Made by a program: the position numbers and the translations under genes. Positions 1 through 8,469 of a stretch of DNA of 64,000 nucleotides are shown here, in pieces (within the stretch, counting starts at the first letter, position 1; each line of letters begins with the position of its first letter). Source of the stretch: Candidatus Woesebacteria bacterium GW2011_GWA1_44_23 (lineage in GTDB: Bacteria; Patescibacteriota; Microgenomatia; UBA8517); NCBI GenBank assembly GCA_001001045.1, contig LCIL01000001.1:442-64441 (forward strand), read 5' to 3'. Under the pieces are notes generated by a model, which was given only the letters and a program-made list of their open reading frames with translations, had not been told where the DNA came from and made no database searches.

Positions 1-560
1 AAAAAAACAGGAAACGAAATGATTGTATGAATTCTTGATAAAAATGCCGCACCAAGCATAAGTCCGACGATAAAAGGCCGTTTTTTTGTCAGAGATTCAA
101 GCAGAGCGAAACCCAGAAAAAAAGCTGCGGTGACTTGACCAAGATACCATGATGAACCAACTGAGGAGAGAAACCAAATTATATTTCCAAAGGCGGCTAG
201 GATACCGGACCAAAATACTAATTTCTTGTCACGCTTCACTACCCAGGCTGTGAGCATGGTTAAGGCTACGATCCCCGCGCCCAATAGATGAGCGAGATAT
301 TGCTGTTGGAATTTTTCTCCGAAGATGAATCGAAAAGGCATTGCCAAAATTGCAGGCATGGGGGGGTATACTACGTAGAACCTGCCCGGTCCGGCAGGAA
401 TAAGTTCGGTAAGCCAAGGAGGATTTTCGGTTATGTAGATTTTTCCTTGGAGAAAAGAATCTGAAAGTCTAGTAAAATAGTCGAAAGGAGTTTTCCCTGC
501 TGAAGTAATAAAATAAATAATGAAAGTAATCACAAAGGCGAGAAAGACAACCTTTTTCAT
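1..560 (-). CDS. GT-C family membrane glycosyltransferase, N-terminal part only (3' end lies beyond window start)
   Basis: Minus-strand ATG at 560-558 with no stop down to position 1 in that frame. Translation begins MKKVVFLAFVITFIIYFITSAGKTPFDYFTRLSDSF...NPPW and is polytopic. It is not in the ORF track because it runs off the window edge. Its start overlaps the divergent gene at 520 by 41 nt. Confidence 0.5.
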   Translation of the reverse strand, partial: MKKVVFLAFVITFIIYFITSAGKTPFDYFTRLSDSFLQGKIYITENPPWLTELIPAGPGRFYVVYPPMPAILAMPFRFIFGEKFQQQYLAHLLGAGIVALTMLTAWVVKRDKKLVFWSGILAAFGNIIWFLSSVGSSWYLGQVTAAFFLGFALLESLTKKRPFIVGLMLGAAFLSRIHTIISFPVF

Positions 561-2805
561 ACCAAATATTGTATATGTTTTACTACTCGGGTTAATAGTG
601 AGAATTATCTTCTCGGCTTTCGGTACACTTCGTCTTGATCAGGGAACCTTTATCAGCTGGAGTTTGATGTTGGTTAAAGACGGCTTCAAGATTTTTTATA
701 ATTCCTGGAGTGACTATTTGCCCGGATATCTTTATGTTTTGTATTTTCTTGGGAAAATTCGAAATTTTGTTCCTGACGTAGTGCTTTATAAATTGCCTGC
801 GATGCTGGCCGATTTGGTCACGGGTTATCTAATTTACAGAATTTTAGTAAAAACCAAGGGGTCAAGATGGGCGATCATTGGAGCGGGAATTTACCTTTTT
901 AATCCTGCCATTTTAGCTAATTCCTCCCTTTGGGGACAGGTTGATTCCCTGACTGCATTAACTTCAATTCTCTCAATTTATTTAATACCCTTCAGTTTTA
1001 TTTTGTCGGCTATTAGTTTGGCGGTGGGGACATTGATTAAGCCGCAAACGGCATTTATGCTTCCTGTAATTCTAGTAATAATGCTTAAGGAAAGATGGAA
1101 TGTGCAAAAAGTATTTATTTATTTGTTAATCGGTATGGCGATATTTGTTACTGGTTTTATCCCGTTTTGGAACCACGGGAATCTGACATCCTTCATTTAC
1201 GAACGGCTTGGGTTATCTCTCAATCAGTATCCCTACACTTCCGTTAACGCCTTTAACTTTTGGGGACTTTTTGAATTTTGGAGGCCGGATAATATTTATT
1301 ACCAAATTGGCGGTTATATACTGGTTTCATTTTTAACTTTGTTTGCGTGTTTTAAACTTTGGAAGAAGAAGCAAGCACCCTATTATCTTTCAGCTTTAAT
1401 TTTTGCCGCCAGTTTTATGTTTTTTACTAGGATGCATGAGAGACATTTACTTCCGGTTTTTGCCCCGCTTGCGATTATTGCTATTGAGAATCCGCTATTT
1501 TTAATTCCCTATCTTGGATTTTCCCTTACATATATGGCTAACCTTTACTATGCCTATGTGTGGATTACTGATAATTTTAGACAGGTTTTTTCCGATTTTG
1601 CTATTAAACTTTTAGAAGTTATAAATATCGGCCTTGTTGTTTTTATTTTTTATTCATTTGCCCGAAATCTGAGAATGGAGTGGGGAAAAGTAATCCTAAC
1701 GGCAAATAAATTTATTCATGGTTTGAAGAAAAGAAATGCAACTAAAGTTCGGGTAAAATTACCAAAAATTTCCATCAGTCCTCAGAAAGCCAAACTTTTT
1801 CTGATTTTAATACTAATGTTTGCTTTTGTGACAAGAACTTTTAATTTAGGATCCCCCAAAAACGAATATTTTGATGAGGTTTATCATGCATTCACTGCCC
1901 GGGTAATTTTGCACGGAGATTCCAAGGCTTGGGAGTGGTGGAATACACCTCCCGCGGGTTTTGCCTACGAGTGGACCCATCCCCCGATTGCTAAGCTTGG
2001 AATGGTTTTGGGGATGCTAATATTCGGTGAAAATTCGTTCGGGTGGAGAGTTCCGGGGGCCATCTTGGGGGTGGGGTCGGTGTTTCTCGTCTACCTTTTG
2101 GCAAAAGAACTTTTTAAGGATGAGACAACCGGACTACTTGCCGCTGCCGCTCTTTCTCTCGACGGACTTGCTCTTGTCATGAGTAGGATCGGGATGAATG
2201 ATTCCTACATACTATTATTTGCACTTCTGTCGATCTACTTATTTATGAAACAAAGAGATTTTGCTTCGGCATTGTCTTTTGGTTTAGCCCTCGCCTCAAA
2301 GTGGTCAGCTATTTGGGCAATCCCGATTCTTTTTATTCTTTGGCTTAGGCGAAAAAATAAATTTAAATTATCAACCTTTATTTATTTTTTGTTTCTGCCT
2401 ATTACCGTTTACCTCCTAAGCTACCTTCCGATGTTTTTGACGGGGCACGGTTTATCAATTTGGTGGGGAATGCAGAAACAAATGTGGTGGTATCACACGG
2501 GCCTTCGCGCAACACATCCTTACACGTCATCCTGGTGGACTTGGCCCCTTCTTATTCGACCAATATATCTTTATACAAGCCAAGAGATAGGGGGAATGGT
2601 GGCAAGAATCTATGCAATGGGAAACCCTCTGGGTTTCTGGTTCGGCCTGACCTCGGTAACAATATCTGCAGTATTCGCCTTTGCGGAACGTAACAAAAAA
2701 CTTGGATTTGTTATTTTTTGTTATTTGATTTTCTTTGTACCTTGGGCGGTTTCGCCAAGAATTATGTTTTTATACCATATGTGTTGCGCCGGACTCCTAA
2801 ATTAA
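520..2805 (+). CDS. Two-module GT-C glycosyltransferase with a C-terminal PMT/ArnT-like module
   Basis: 761 aa polytopic membrane protein. Module 1 (about aa 1-400) contains DQGTFISW. Module 2 (from about aa 430) has the PMT-type motif NEYFDEVYHA...WEWWNTPPAGFAYEWTHPP and the C-terminal RIMFLYH. A possible C-terminal frameshift continues in ORF 2718-2924. Confidence 0.7.
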   Translation: MKVITKARKTTFFIPNIVYVLLLGLIVRIIFSAFGTLRLDQGTFISWSLMLVKDGFKIFYNSWSDYLPGYLYVLYFLGKIRNFVPDVVLYKLPAMLADLVTGYLIYRILVKTKGSRWAIIGAGIYLFNPAILANSSLWGQVDSLTALTSILSIYLIPFSFILSAISLAVGTLIKPQTAFMLPVILVIMLKERWNVQKVFIYLLIGMAIFVTGFIPFWNHGNLTSFIYERLGLSLNQYPYTSVNAFNFWGLFEFWRPDNIYYQIGGYILVSFLTLFACFKLWKKKQAPYYLSALIFAASFMFFTRMHERHLLPVFAPLAIIAIENPLFLIPYLGFSLTYMANLYYAYVWITDNFRQVFSDFAIKLLEVINIGLVVFIFYSFARNLRMEWGKVILTANKFIHGLKKRNATKVRVKLPKISISPQKAKLFLILILMFAFVTRTFNLGSPKNEYFDEVYHAFTARVILHGDSKAWEWWNTPPAGFAYEWTHPPIAKLGMVLGMLIFGENSFGWRVPGAILGVGSVFLVYLLAKELFKDETTGLLAAAALSLDGLALVMSRIGMNDSYILLFALLSIYLFMKQRDFASALSFGLALASKWSAIWAIPILFILWLRRKNKFKLSTFIYFLFLPITVYLLSYLPMFLTGHGLSIWWGMQKQMWWYHTGLRATHPYTSSWWTWPLLIRPIYLYTSQEIGGMVARIYAMGNPLGFWFGLTSVTISAVFAFAERNKKLGFVIFCYLIFFVPWAVSPRIMFLYHMCCAGLLN

Positions 2806-2956
2806 TATTTGCTTATTTATTTATTACCCTTATTGCATTTATTTATTTTTATCCACATTGGGCGGGTCTACGAATTCCACTGTGGTTCGACAAAAGCTAC
2901 TACTGGGTGTCTAGTTGGAGGTAAACGAAGGTCGGTCAGATCCGAATTTGGCAACG

Positions 2957-3244
2957 TTACGCTGGGCCAAGATAAAAACCGCCTTTAGCAAAAAAATAAA
3001 TTAGTCCCACTAAAAATATGACTAATATAAAAAAATAAAGGACTGACCAACGGCCGGACTGTGGAAAAAAACGGTCAAACGGATAGTAGGAAAAAATTTC
3101 CGACTTCATGTTTTTGAGAGAAGAAACGGTAAAAGTAAAGGCGAGTAAAGATACTGCTGCGATTACAAAGATTACAATAATTTGATAGAAATTGGTGCGG
3201 ACAAAATCCAAGGCAGGTGTCAGTAGAGAGAGTATTACCGCCAT
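2957..3244 (-). CDS. small 3-TM membrane protein, hypothetical
   Basis: 95 aa ORF at the 3' end of the minus-strand surface-protein operon. Hydrophobic segments are present. No homology recognised. Confidence 0.3.
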   Translation of the reverse strand: MAVILSLLTPALDFVRTNFYQIIVIFVIAAVSLLAFTFTVSSLKNMKSEIFSYYPFDRFFPQSGRWSVLYFFILVIFLVGLIYFFAKGGFYLGPA

Positions 3245-3253
3245 AATATTGAA

Positions 3254-3871
3254 CTAAAGTGCCAAAAGGAGCGAGCCGATTATTACGAAAAATCCAATAG
3301 CAACTCCGAAAACCGTCGGCCAATCCGTTCCGGAAACGGGCAGAGCAGGAGCGGTCGGGGTTGCTGTAGGTGCAGGTGTTACCGTCTTTCCGGGTGTTGG
3401 GGTCGGTGTTGCAGAAGCTCCCGGACTGCCTGTTGGAGTGCTGGTTGGACTACTGGTTGATGTTGCAGTAGCCGTAGGTGTTGGACTAGACGTTTGCGTC
3501 GATAGCGTAAAACCTATTAAGCAGGATCCTGCACAGGGGGCAAAATTGCATTCGGGGGGAATTCTGGGAACCCAAGTACCATCGGGACACTGTGTTACTT
3601 CCAGAATACAATTATTTGTCGTATAACAAGATTCAAACTCACAATCGGGCGGAACTCTGCGTGCAAATTCTTTATCTGCTCCGGGCGGGCAAGGCATCAC
3701 TTCAGTAGTACAATTTGTCACCGCCTTAGGCTGGCTGGAAGGAACGTTAGGGGCTACCGACTGCTGCCTGAGTTGGTAAAGTCTGAGGGCAGTGAATATC
3801 GCCACTCCCGCGAGAATGACTGTCACAAGAATTATCAGAATTGTTCCGAGTTTACCGATTGATTTTTTCAT
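3254..3871 (-). CDS. Cys-rich and Thr/Pro-rich surface protein with C-terminal LPVSG sortase-type sorting signal
   Basis: N-terminal TM or signal peptide. Duplicated PPxCxFxxC motif. A T/P/S-rich linker is followed by ALPVSGTDW and a hydrophobic tail. Confidence 0.6.
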   Translation of the reverse strand: MKKSIGKLGTILIILVTVILAGVAIFTALRLYQLRQQSVAPNVPSSQPKAVTNCTTEVMPCPPGADKEFARRVPPDCEFESCYTTNNCILEVTQCPDGTWVPRIPPECNFAPCAGSCLIGFTLSTQTSSPTPTATATSTSSPTSTPTGSPGASATPTPTPGKTVTPAPTATPTAPALPVSGTDWPTVFGVAIGFFVIIGSLLLAL

Positions 3872-3874
3872 TTT

Positions 3875-5173
3875 TTAATCAACACTAATGCCGCCAAACC
3901 ACCCATAAAGAGAATCGTGTATTTCTCCTTTGACATTAATACTCGTTGTTCCGGCTTGAATTGTATAAGACTTGCAAAAATCACTTGAACCAGGTCTTTT
4001 TACCGTAGTTTCTAGTGGTGTTCCTACAACGCCATTTCGGGTTATGGTAAACCTTGCTTTATCAAAAGTTCCGTTAGCGGCGTAACCCGAGACGCAGAAA
4101 TTGATGGTTGTTCCAGCCGTGAGAGAAGAGCGCCCACTTTCAGGAATCAGTGCCCAGCTAGCACTATATGTTGTAACCGCTACGCAGTAAGGAGCAGGAG
4201 GCGGGGGCGTAGGAGTGGGAGTGGGAGTGGGCGCAACTATTCCACAAATGCAGTCGCCATCATCCCTACACAGTGTGTTTCTGCACACAGATTGAGGAGC
4301 ACTGTCCCCGCTTAAATAGCATTCCATTCCGACAGGGCAGTCACTGTCTAATAGACAGACCGAATTGCAGGATTGAGGCGGGGGTGTGGGAGTAGGGGTC
4401 GGGGTTGGAGTTGGCGTGGGTGTCGGGGTTCCAATGGGTGTCGGAGTTGGCGTGGAAATTGGTGAATCTGTAGGATTAGTGCAAGAGGAGTCATAATTTA
4501 CATGTGCCCAACCAACCGCTCCGCTAGTGGTAAAAACATCAATTTGTTCAGAGCCACACCCTTGATCTATGAAATATCGCAAATTAGTATGATCTGCCCA
4601 GATTGGTTCTCCATTACAACCAGAATTTGGTTCATCGCATACAACGTGGACCATGTCGTACGAATTGCCATTATTAGTCTGACATCCATCTATAGGACAG
4701 GATGTGATGGCATTGGGATCGCCAGGATTTGTTGAACATACCCCTTTGCACCACATACCAGGATTTGTACCTTCGATACCCAAGTTCGAAGCTTTTTGTT
4801 GAAAGAGTTGCTTTTGTTGAGTTAAAACTATTCCCGCTGCAACTCCCCCGACAAGGACTACGAGTCCCAATATAGTGGCAATTATTTTTCCTCCCCCAAA
4901 CTTTTTCTTGGCTTTGGGGGTGACAGAAGAAATATCCGGCGGGGCACTTGAACCGGCATTCCCGATAACCGGCTGGGCTACTGGTGATTGATCAGTAGGC
5001 GCTTCGGGGGTGTTTGTTTCCGGCAGATTCTGAAACTCGGGTGAAAGCGGGGGAAGATCTGATTGAGGGAAAATTATCGGAGGAACCGGTGGTGTGTTTG
5101 CTTGTCCTGCCGGCTGACTCACTGGCGGACCCGCCGGATTGGGGTTTTGGGTAGGGTCATTTTGGTTGGGCAT
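3875..5173 (-). CDS. Type II membrane or secreted Cys-rich protein with (TP)n linkers
   Basis: Pro/Gln-rich N-terminus, then a TM segment (IIATILGLVVLVGGVAAGIV). More than 20 Cys are present. Two TPTPTP... runs, also visible as GT-rich repeats on the plus strand around 4190-4240 and 4380-4450. Confidence 0.55.
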   Translation of the reverse strand: MPNQNDPTQNPNPAGPPVSQPAGQANTPPVPPIIFPQSDLPPLSPEFQNLPETNTPEAPTDQSPVAQPVIGNAGSSAPPDISSVTPKAKKKFGGGKIIATILGLVVLVGGVAAGIVLTQQKQLFQQKASNLGIEGTNPGMWCKGVCSTNPGDPNAITSCPIDGCQTNNGNSYDMVHVVCDEPNSGCNGEPIWADHTNLRYFIDQGCGSEQIDVFTTSGAVGWAHVNYDSSCTNPTDSPISTPTPTPIGTPTPTPTPTPTPTPTPPPQSCNSVCLLDSDCPVGMECYLSGDSAPQSVCRNTLCRDDGDCICGIVAPTPTPTPTPPPPAPYCVAVTTYSASWALIPESGRSSLTAGTTINFCVSGYAANGTFDKARFTITRNGVVGTPLETTVKRPGSSDFCKSYTIQAGTTSINVKGEIHDSLYGWFGGISVD

Positions 5174-6553
5174 TTAATTTTCAGACATCCTCCACACAAA
5201 AAAGCTGAAAGCGATTATCACTAAACCCATGATAGATAGTAGAAGAGTAGGAGTCAAGTTCCCGCTGACGGGTAGGGATTCGGGTGTCGCTGAAGGGGTT
5301 ACCCGGGGTGTTCCCGAGGGCGTGGCGGTAGGCTTGAAAGTGGGAGACGGCGTTGGGCTTGAGGATGCCTTGGGGGTTGGGGTCGAACTTGGTGACGGAG
5401 TCGGACTTGGTGTAGCCGATTGCGAAGCTACAAAAGCGGGGACTTCCCCTGCCTGTACAACAAAATTTCTGGTTAAAGTTCTTGTGATTCCTGACGCGTC
5501 AAGCCAAGAAATAGTTATGGAATGAGGTCCTTCCGAAAGCGGAACTGAAGGGCTATAGCTCCAGGAACCATTTTGGGGAATTTTTATCACCTGGGAAGTA
5601 ACCTGTTCCGAATGAATAGTAATCGTAATTGTCTCTCCACTGGGGCCTTTTCCAAAAAATTGGGGCTCGTTACTTGTTACAATCTCGCCTTCGTCGATGC
5701 TTTCTAATATAACGCTCGTGGGTTTAGGGGAGCCCGACGGAGCTGTTATATTAAATTTTGATTCCTCTGAGGCACCTGCTGGTAAATTTAGATCTACGCT
5801 GGGGTTTTTCCCGTCAGCAATCGGTGCCAAACTCCGGTAATCCTGAACTTGGCCAAGAACTAGCGGCGGGATGGGATTGGCGGATTGCGGGAAAATTTGA
5901 GCAGAGGAAGTTTCTCCGCTCTCTGCCCGCACGGAGACCGACAATAATGTTTTTGCCTGATCAATTTGGGCGATTTGTTTTAGATCGGAAGTGCGCGCGC
6001 TACCCAACTGTAGAACAAAGTTTCCGGCATCGGATGTCAGGGTTGAAAGAAGATAACCGTTGACGCTCACATATACCAACGCTCTTTTCGATGGCTGTCC
6101 GGCGGCGGTAATAACGGACCCTGAAATCGGATTTGAATTCTGAGCTATCGCGATCGCATCACCCGTGGTGATTTGCCAAGGGATTCCGTCATTGTCGAAG
6201 GCATCCCCCTCAGAATTGATTTTGTAATAATACGTAGTACTGGGCCTTAGACCCGTAAGAGTAATGCTATGAGTAAAAAATTTTTGGTTCGAATCACTTT
6301 CGTTTTCAATCTCCCCCAAGCTGTCCTGTGTTTTCCCCCAATTAATAAAAGCAGTCGTCGCGGCCTCGGTAACCCAGGAAATTGTTGCGGACGTGTCCGA
6401 TAAGTTACCCGTTCTGATATCTTTTGGAGCAACAGCACCGCCTGCACCAATTCTAAAAACCTGGGTCATCCTAAGGAAATACACACCCGCGAATGTTCCT
6501 ATAAGAAGAATTATGATACCTATTATCGTTGGGATTTTATTCTTCTTAATCAT
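5174..6553 (-). CDS. Surface protein with FN3-like (purple-acid-phosphatase N-terminal-like) domain and LPVSG anchor
   Basis: N-terminal TM. Motif WGKTQDSL...STTYYYKINSEGD. An S/P/T-rich linker is followed by ESLPVSGNLTP, a hydrophobic stretch and WRMSEN. Confidence 0.6.
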   Translation of the reverse strand: MIKKNKIPTIIGIIILLIGTFAGVYFLRMTQVFRIGAGGAVAPKDIRTGNLSDTSATISWVTEAATTAFINWGKTQDSLGEIENESDSNQKFFTHSITLTGLRPSTTYYYKINSEGDAFDNDGIPWQITTGDAIAIAQNSNPISGSVITAAGQPSKRALVYVSVNGYLLSTLTSDAGNFVLQLGSARTSDLKQIAQIDQAKTLLSVSVRAESGETSSAQIFPQSANPIPPLVLGQVQDYRSLAPIADGKNPSVDLNLPAGASEESKFNITAPSGSPKPTSVILESIDEGEIVTSNEPQFFGKGPSGETITITIHSEQVTSQVIKIPQNGSWSYSPSVPLSEGPHSITISWLDASGITRTLTRNFVVQAGEVPAFVASQSATPSPTPSPSSTPTPKASSSPTPSPTFKPTATPSGTPRVTPSATPESLPVSGNLTPTLLLSIMGLVIIAFSFFVWRMSEN

Positions 6554-6590
6554 TTTTTAGAAATTCATTTTTTGTGAATACTTATGAAAT

Positions 6591-6920
6591 TTAAGGCGTT
6601 GGACTGGGAACAGGGGTAGGAGTAGCCTCCAGCGTCGGCGTGGGCAGAGGCGATTGTGCCGGTTGAGCGGGGGTGGTTGGAATAGGTGCGGTCACTAAAT
6701 TTTCAGGGATTTGCGAACTGTCAAAGTATATTCCGGATTCGATTTTTTTGATTGTCGCCTGATCCAACGTCGGGTCAATGGGATTAGAAATTTCCTCGGG
6801 CACGCTTTCGGAGGGTTTGGCGGTGAAAGCCCGATAGGTACTCAATGAAACCCAGAGAACACCTGTTATGAGGGTCAGAATCAGTATAGTAATTAAACTT
6901 GGTAATTTGGTTTTTTTCAT
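6591..6920 (-). CDS. small membrane-anchored Pro-rich protein, hypothetical
   Basis: 109 aa with N-terminal TM and a C-terminal PTTPAQPAQSPLPTPT region. Confidence 0.4.
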   Translation of the reverse strand: MKKTKLPSLITILILTLITGVLWVSLSTYRAFTAKPSESVPEEISNPIDPTLDQATIKKIESGIYFDSSQIPENLVTAPIPTTPAQPAQSPLPTPTLEATPTPVPSPTP

Positions 6921-6929
6921 TTAATTAAA

Positions 6930-7580
6930 TTAATCTCCCAAAAAAGGCGTTCTTCCAGAAATCACGGTCACAACAGTAACGCTACCTTCCCTTGAGGAAG
7001 AGTTGATCCCCAGTGTATCAATTTTCGTAGAAACTCTCAGGTTTTCAAAATCCTTTATGAATGCAATCAAATTGGGATAGGGACCCCTTATACTCACCGC
7101 AAACGGCATTTCTTTAGCGTTCCCGGGCAGTGGTTTGAAATCCGAGGTGCTTCTGGTTACGGATTTACCCACCAAAGTTATTTGGTTTACTGAAAAACCG
7201 AGGATTTCGACGGAATTCTTGGCGGCGAGTGCTAACACTTGGCCGGCCAAAATATTGGGTTTGGCAAGGGAGGGAACGGCGATATTAACATTTTGGATGG
7301 AAGCCCGGTTTTGTTGGAGAAGGTTATTTGCTTTTTGGAGGTCACTCACTTTTTGCGTCAACCCTGAGAGAGTATCCTGTTTCTCTCTAATTTGTTGCAA
7401 GAGACTGACGATTGTAATTACGGTTGGCTTGAGTGCAAAAAGTAGGAAAATAATTATTGTCGAAAGCGAAAGAATTATTTCCAAAAAAGCCCTAAGCTCT
7501 GCCTTTTTTTTGTAAAGAGCGGTAATGTTCAAAAAGAACTCTTTATATCTACTGTATGATCCTCTCCAGCCTAGTGCCAT
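6930..7580 (-). CDS. pilO: Type IV pilus assembly protein PilO-like
   Basis: Short N-terminus, single TM, coiled-coil segment (LQKANNLLQQNRASIQN) and a C-terminal globular domain. Sits directly downstream of pilN. Confidence 0.5.
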   Translation of the reverse strand: MALGWRGSYSRYKEFFLNITALYKKKAELRAFLEIILSLSTIIIFLLFALKPTVITIVSLLQQIREKQDTLSGLTQKVSDLQKANNLLQQNRASIQNVNIAVPSLAKPNILAGQVLALAAKNSVEILGFSVNQITLVGKSVTRSTSDFKPLPGNAKEMPFAVSIRGPYPNLIAFIKDFENLRVSTKIDTLGINSSSREGSVTVVTVISGRTPFLGD

Positions 7581-7582
7581 AT

Positions 7583-8116
7583 TTAATATGTAATATTAAT
7601 AGAAAATTCTATCTGAGCGAGATCGCCTTCGGATGAATCGACCTGGCCCAAACTTACGGTTTTGAAAGACTTGTCTTCTTTCAGATTTGCAATAAATTGT
7701 GCGATTCCTAGTTCGGTTGCGGAGACGCCTTTGACTTGGGCGGAATTATCCAAAACAGAAACTGTTTTTAAATTTACCCCGGTCGGGAGCCTTGATGTAA
7801 TAGCCTCAATCTTTTTCGAAGAAAGAGTGCCACCTCCGATTTGCTTGACGATGGCAAGTTTTGACTGAACGCTTCTGAACTCTTTTTCTACCGCGGCTTG
7901 GGCAGTAATCTGAGCGCTTTTAATCTTAATAGAATTGCTTAGGTCCGAGTTTTGCGCGTCTAACCAAAAACGTGACAAAAAAGCGCCCATGACAATCATC
8001 TCGGTAACAATAACTATCACCCTGAAAGCACCCATTGCCCACTTGAGTGTTCTGCCAAGCATGGAAACATCAAATTCTTCCTGGGGGAGCAAGTTTATAA
8101 CTTTATTTTTGGGCAT
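7583..8116 (-). CDS. pilN: Type IV pilus assembly protein PilN
   Basis: Conserved N-terminal INLLP motif (MPKNKVINLLPQEEF) followed by a TM and a periplasmic domain. The in-frame ATG is at 8116. Confidence 0.65.
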   Translation of the reverse strand: MPKNKVINLLPQEEFDVSMLGRTLKWAMGAFRVIVIVTEMIVMGAFLSRFWLDAQNSDLSNSIKIKSAQITAQAAVEKEFRSVQSKLAIVKQIGGGTLSSKKIEAITSRLPTGVNLKTVSVLDNSAQVKGVSATELGIAQFIANLKEDKSFKTVSLGQVDSSEGDLAQIEFSINITY

Positions 8117-8167
8117 AGCAACAATAACCGTTAACTCAATATAACACATATAAAAGCATGAAAGAAG

Positions 8168-8440
8168 CTACTTTTTCTTTGAGGTTTTACCTTGCGGTTT
8201 CACAGACTTTGGCAACAGTTTGGAAAGCTGAGATTTAATCCTTCCGGCCTTTTTTTTGTGAATTACCTTTTTCTTTGCCGCTCGATCCGCCAAAGATACC
8301 GCTTTAAGAATTTTTTCTGTGGATTTTGCCTTTCGTGCAATTCTGACGGCCACTTCAAGCTGGCCGAGAATTATTTTATTTATGGACTCTTTTTTTTTGG
8401 AACCCCGCAGGGCTCTTTTGGCGGTTGTCGTTACAGGCAT
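8168..8440 (-). CDS. rpsT: 30S ribosomal protein S20
   Basis: 90 aa, highly basic. N-terminal TAKRALRGSKKKE and the C-terminal VIHKKKAGRIKSQLSKLL segment match the S20 family. Confidence 0.8.
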   Translation of the reverse strand: MPVTTTAKRALRGSKKKESINKIILGQLEVAVRIARKAKSTEKILKAVSLADRAAKKKVIHKKKAGRIKSQLSKLLPKSVKPQGKTSKKK

Positions 8441-8469
8441 ATGGTGAGTATAATCGAAACAAAGCTGAA

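Noticed and set aside
2460-2693. Internal 77-aa plus-strand ORF overlapping the GT-C gene in another frame
   Set aside because: It is fully embedded in a conserved membrane-protein CDS and has no features of its own.
4180-4450. GT-rich / GGAGTGGGAGTGGG microsatellite-like repeats on the plus strand
   Set aside because: They are the reverse complement of in-frame (TP)n linker codons in the minus-strand Cys-rich protein. This is coding low complexity rather than a regulatory repeat.
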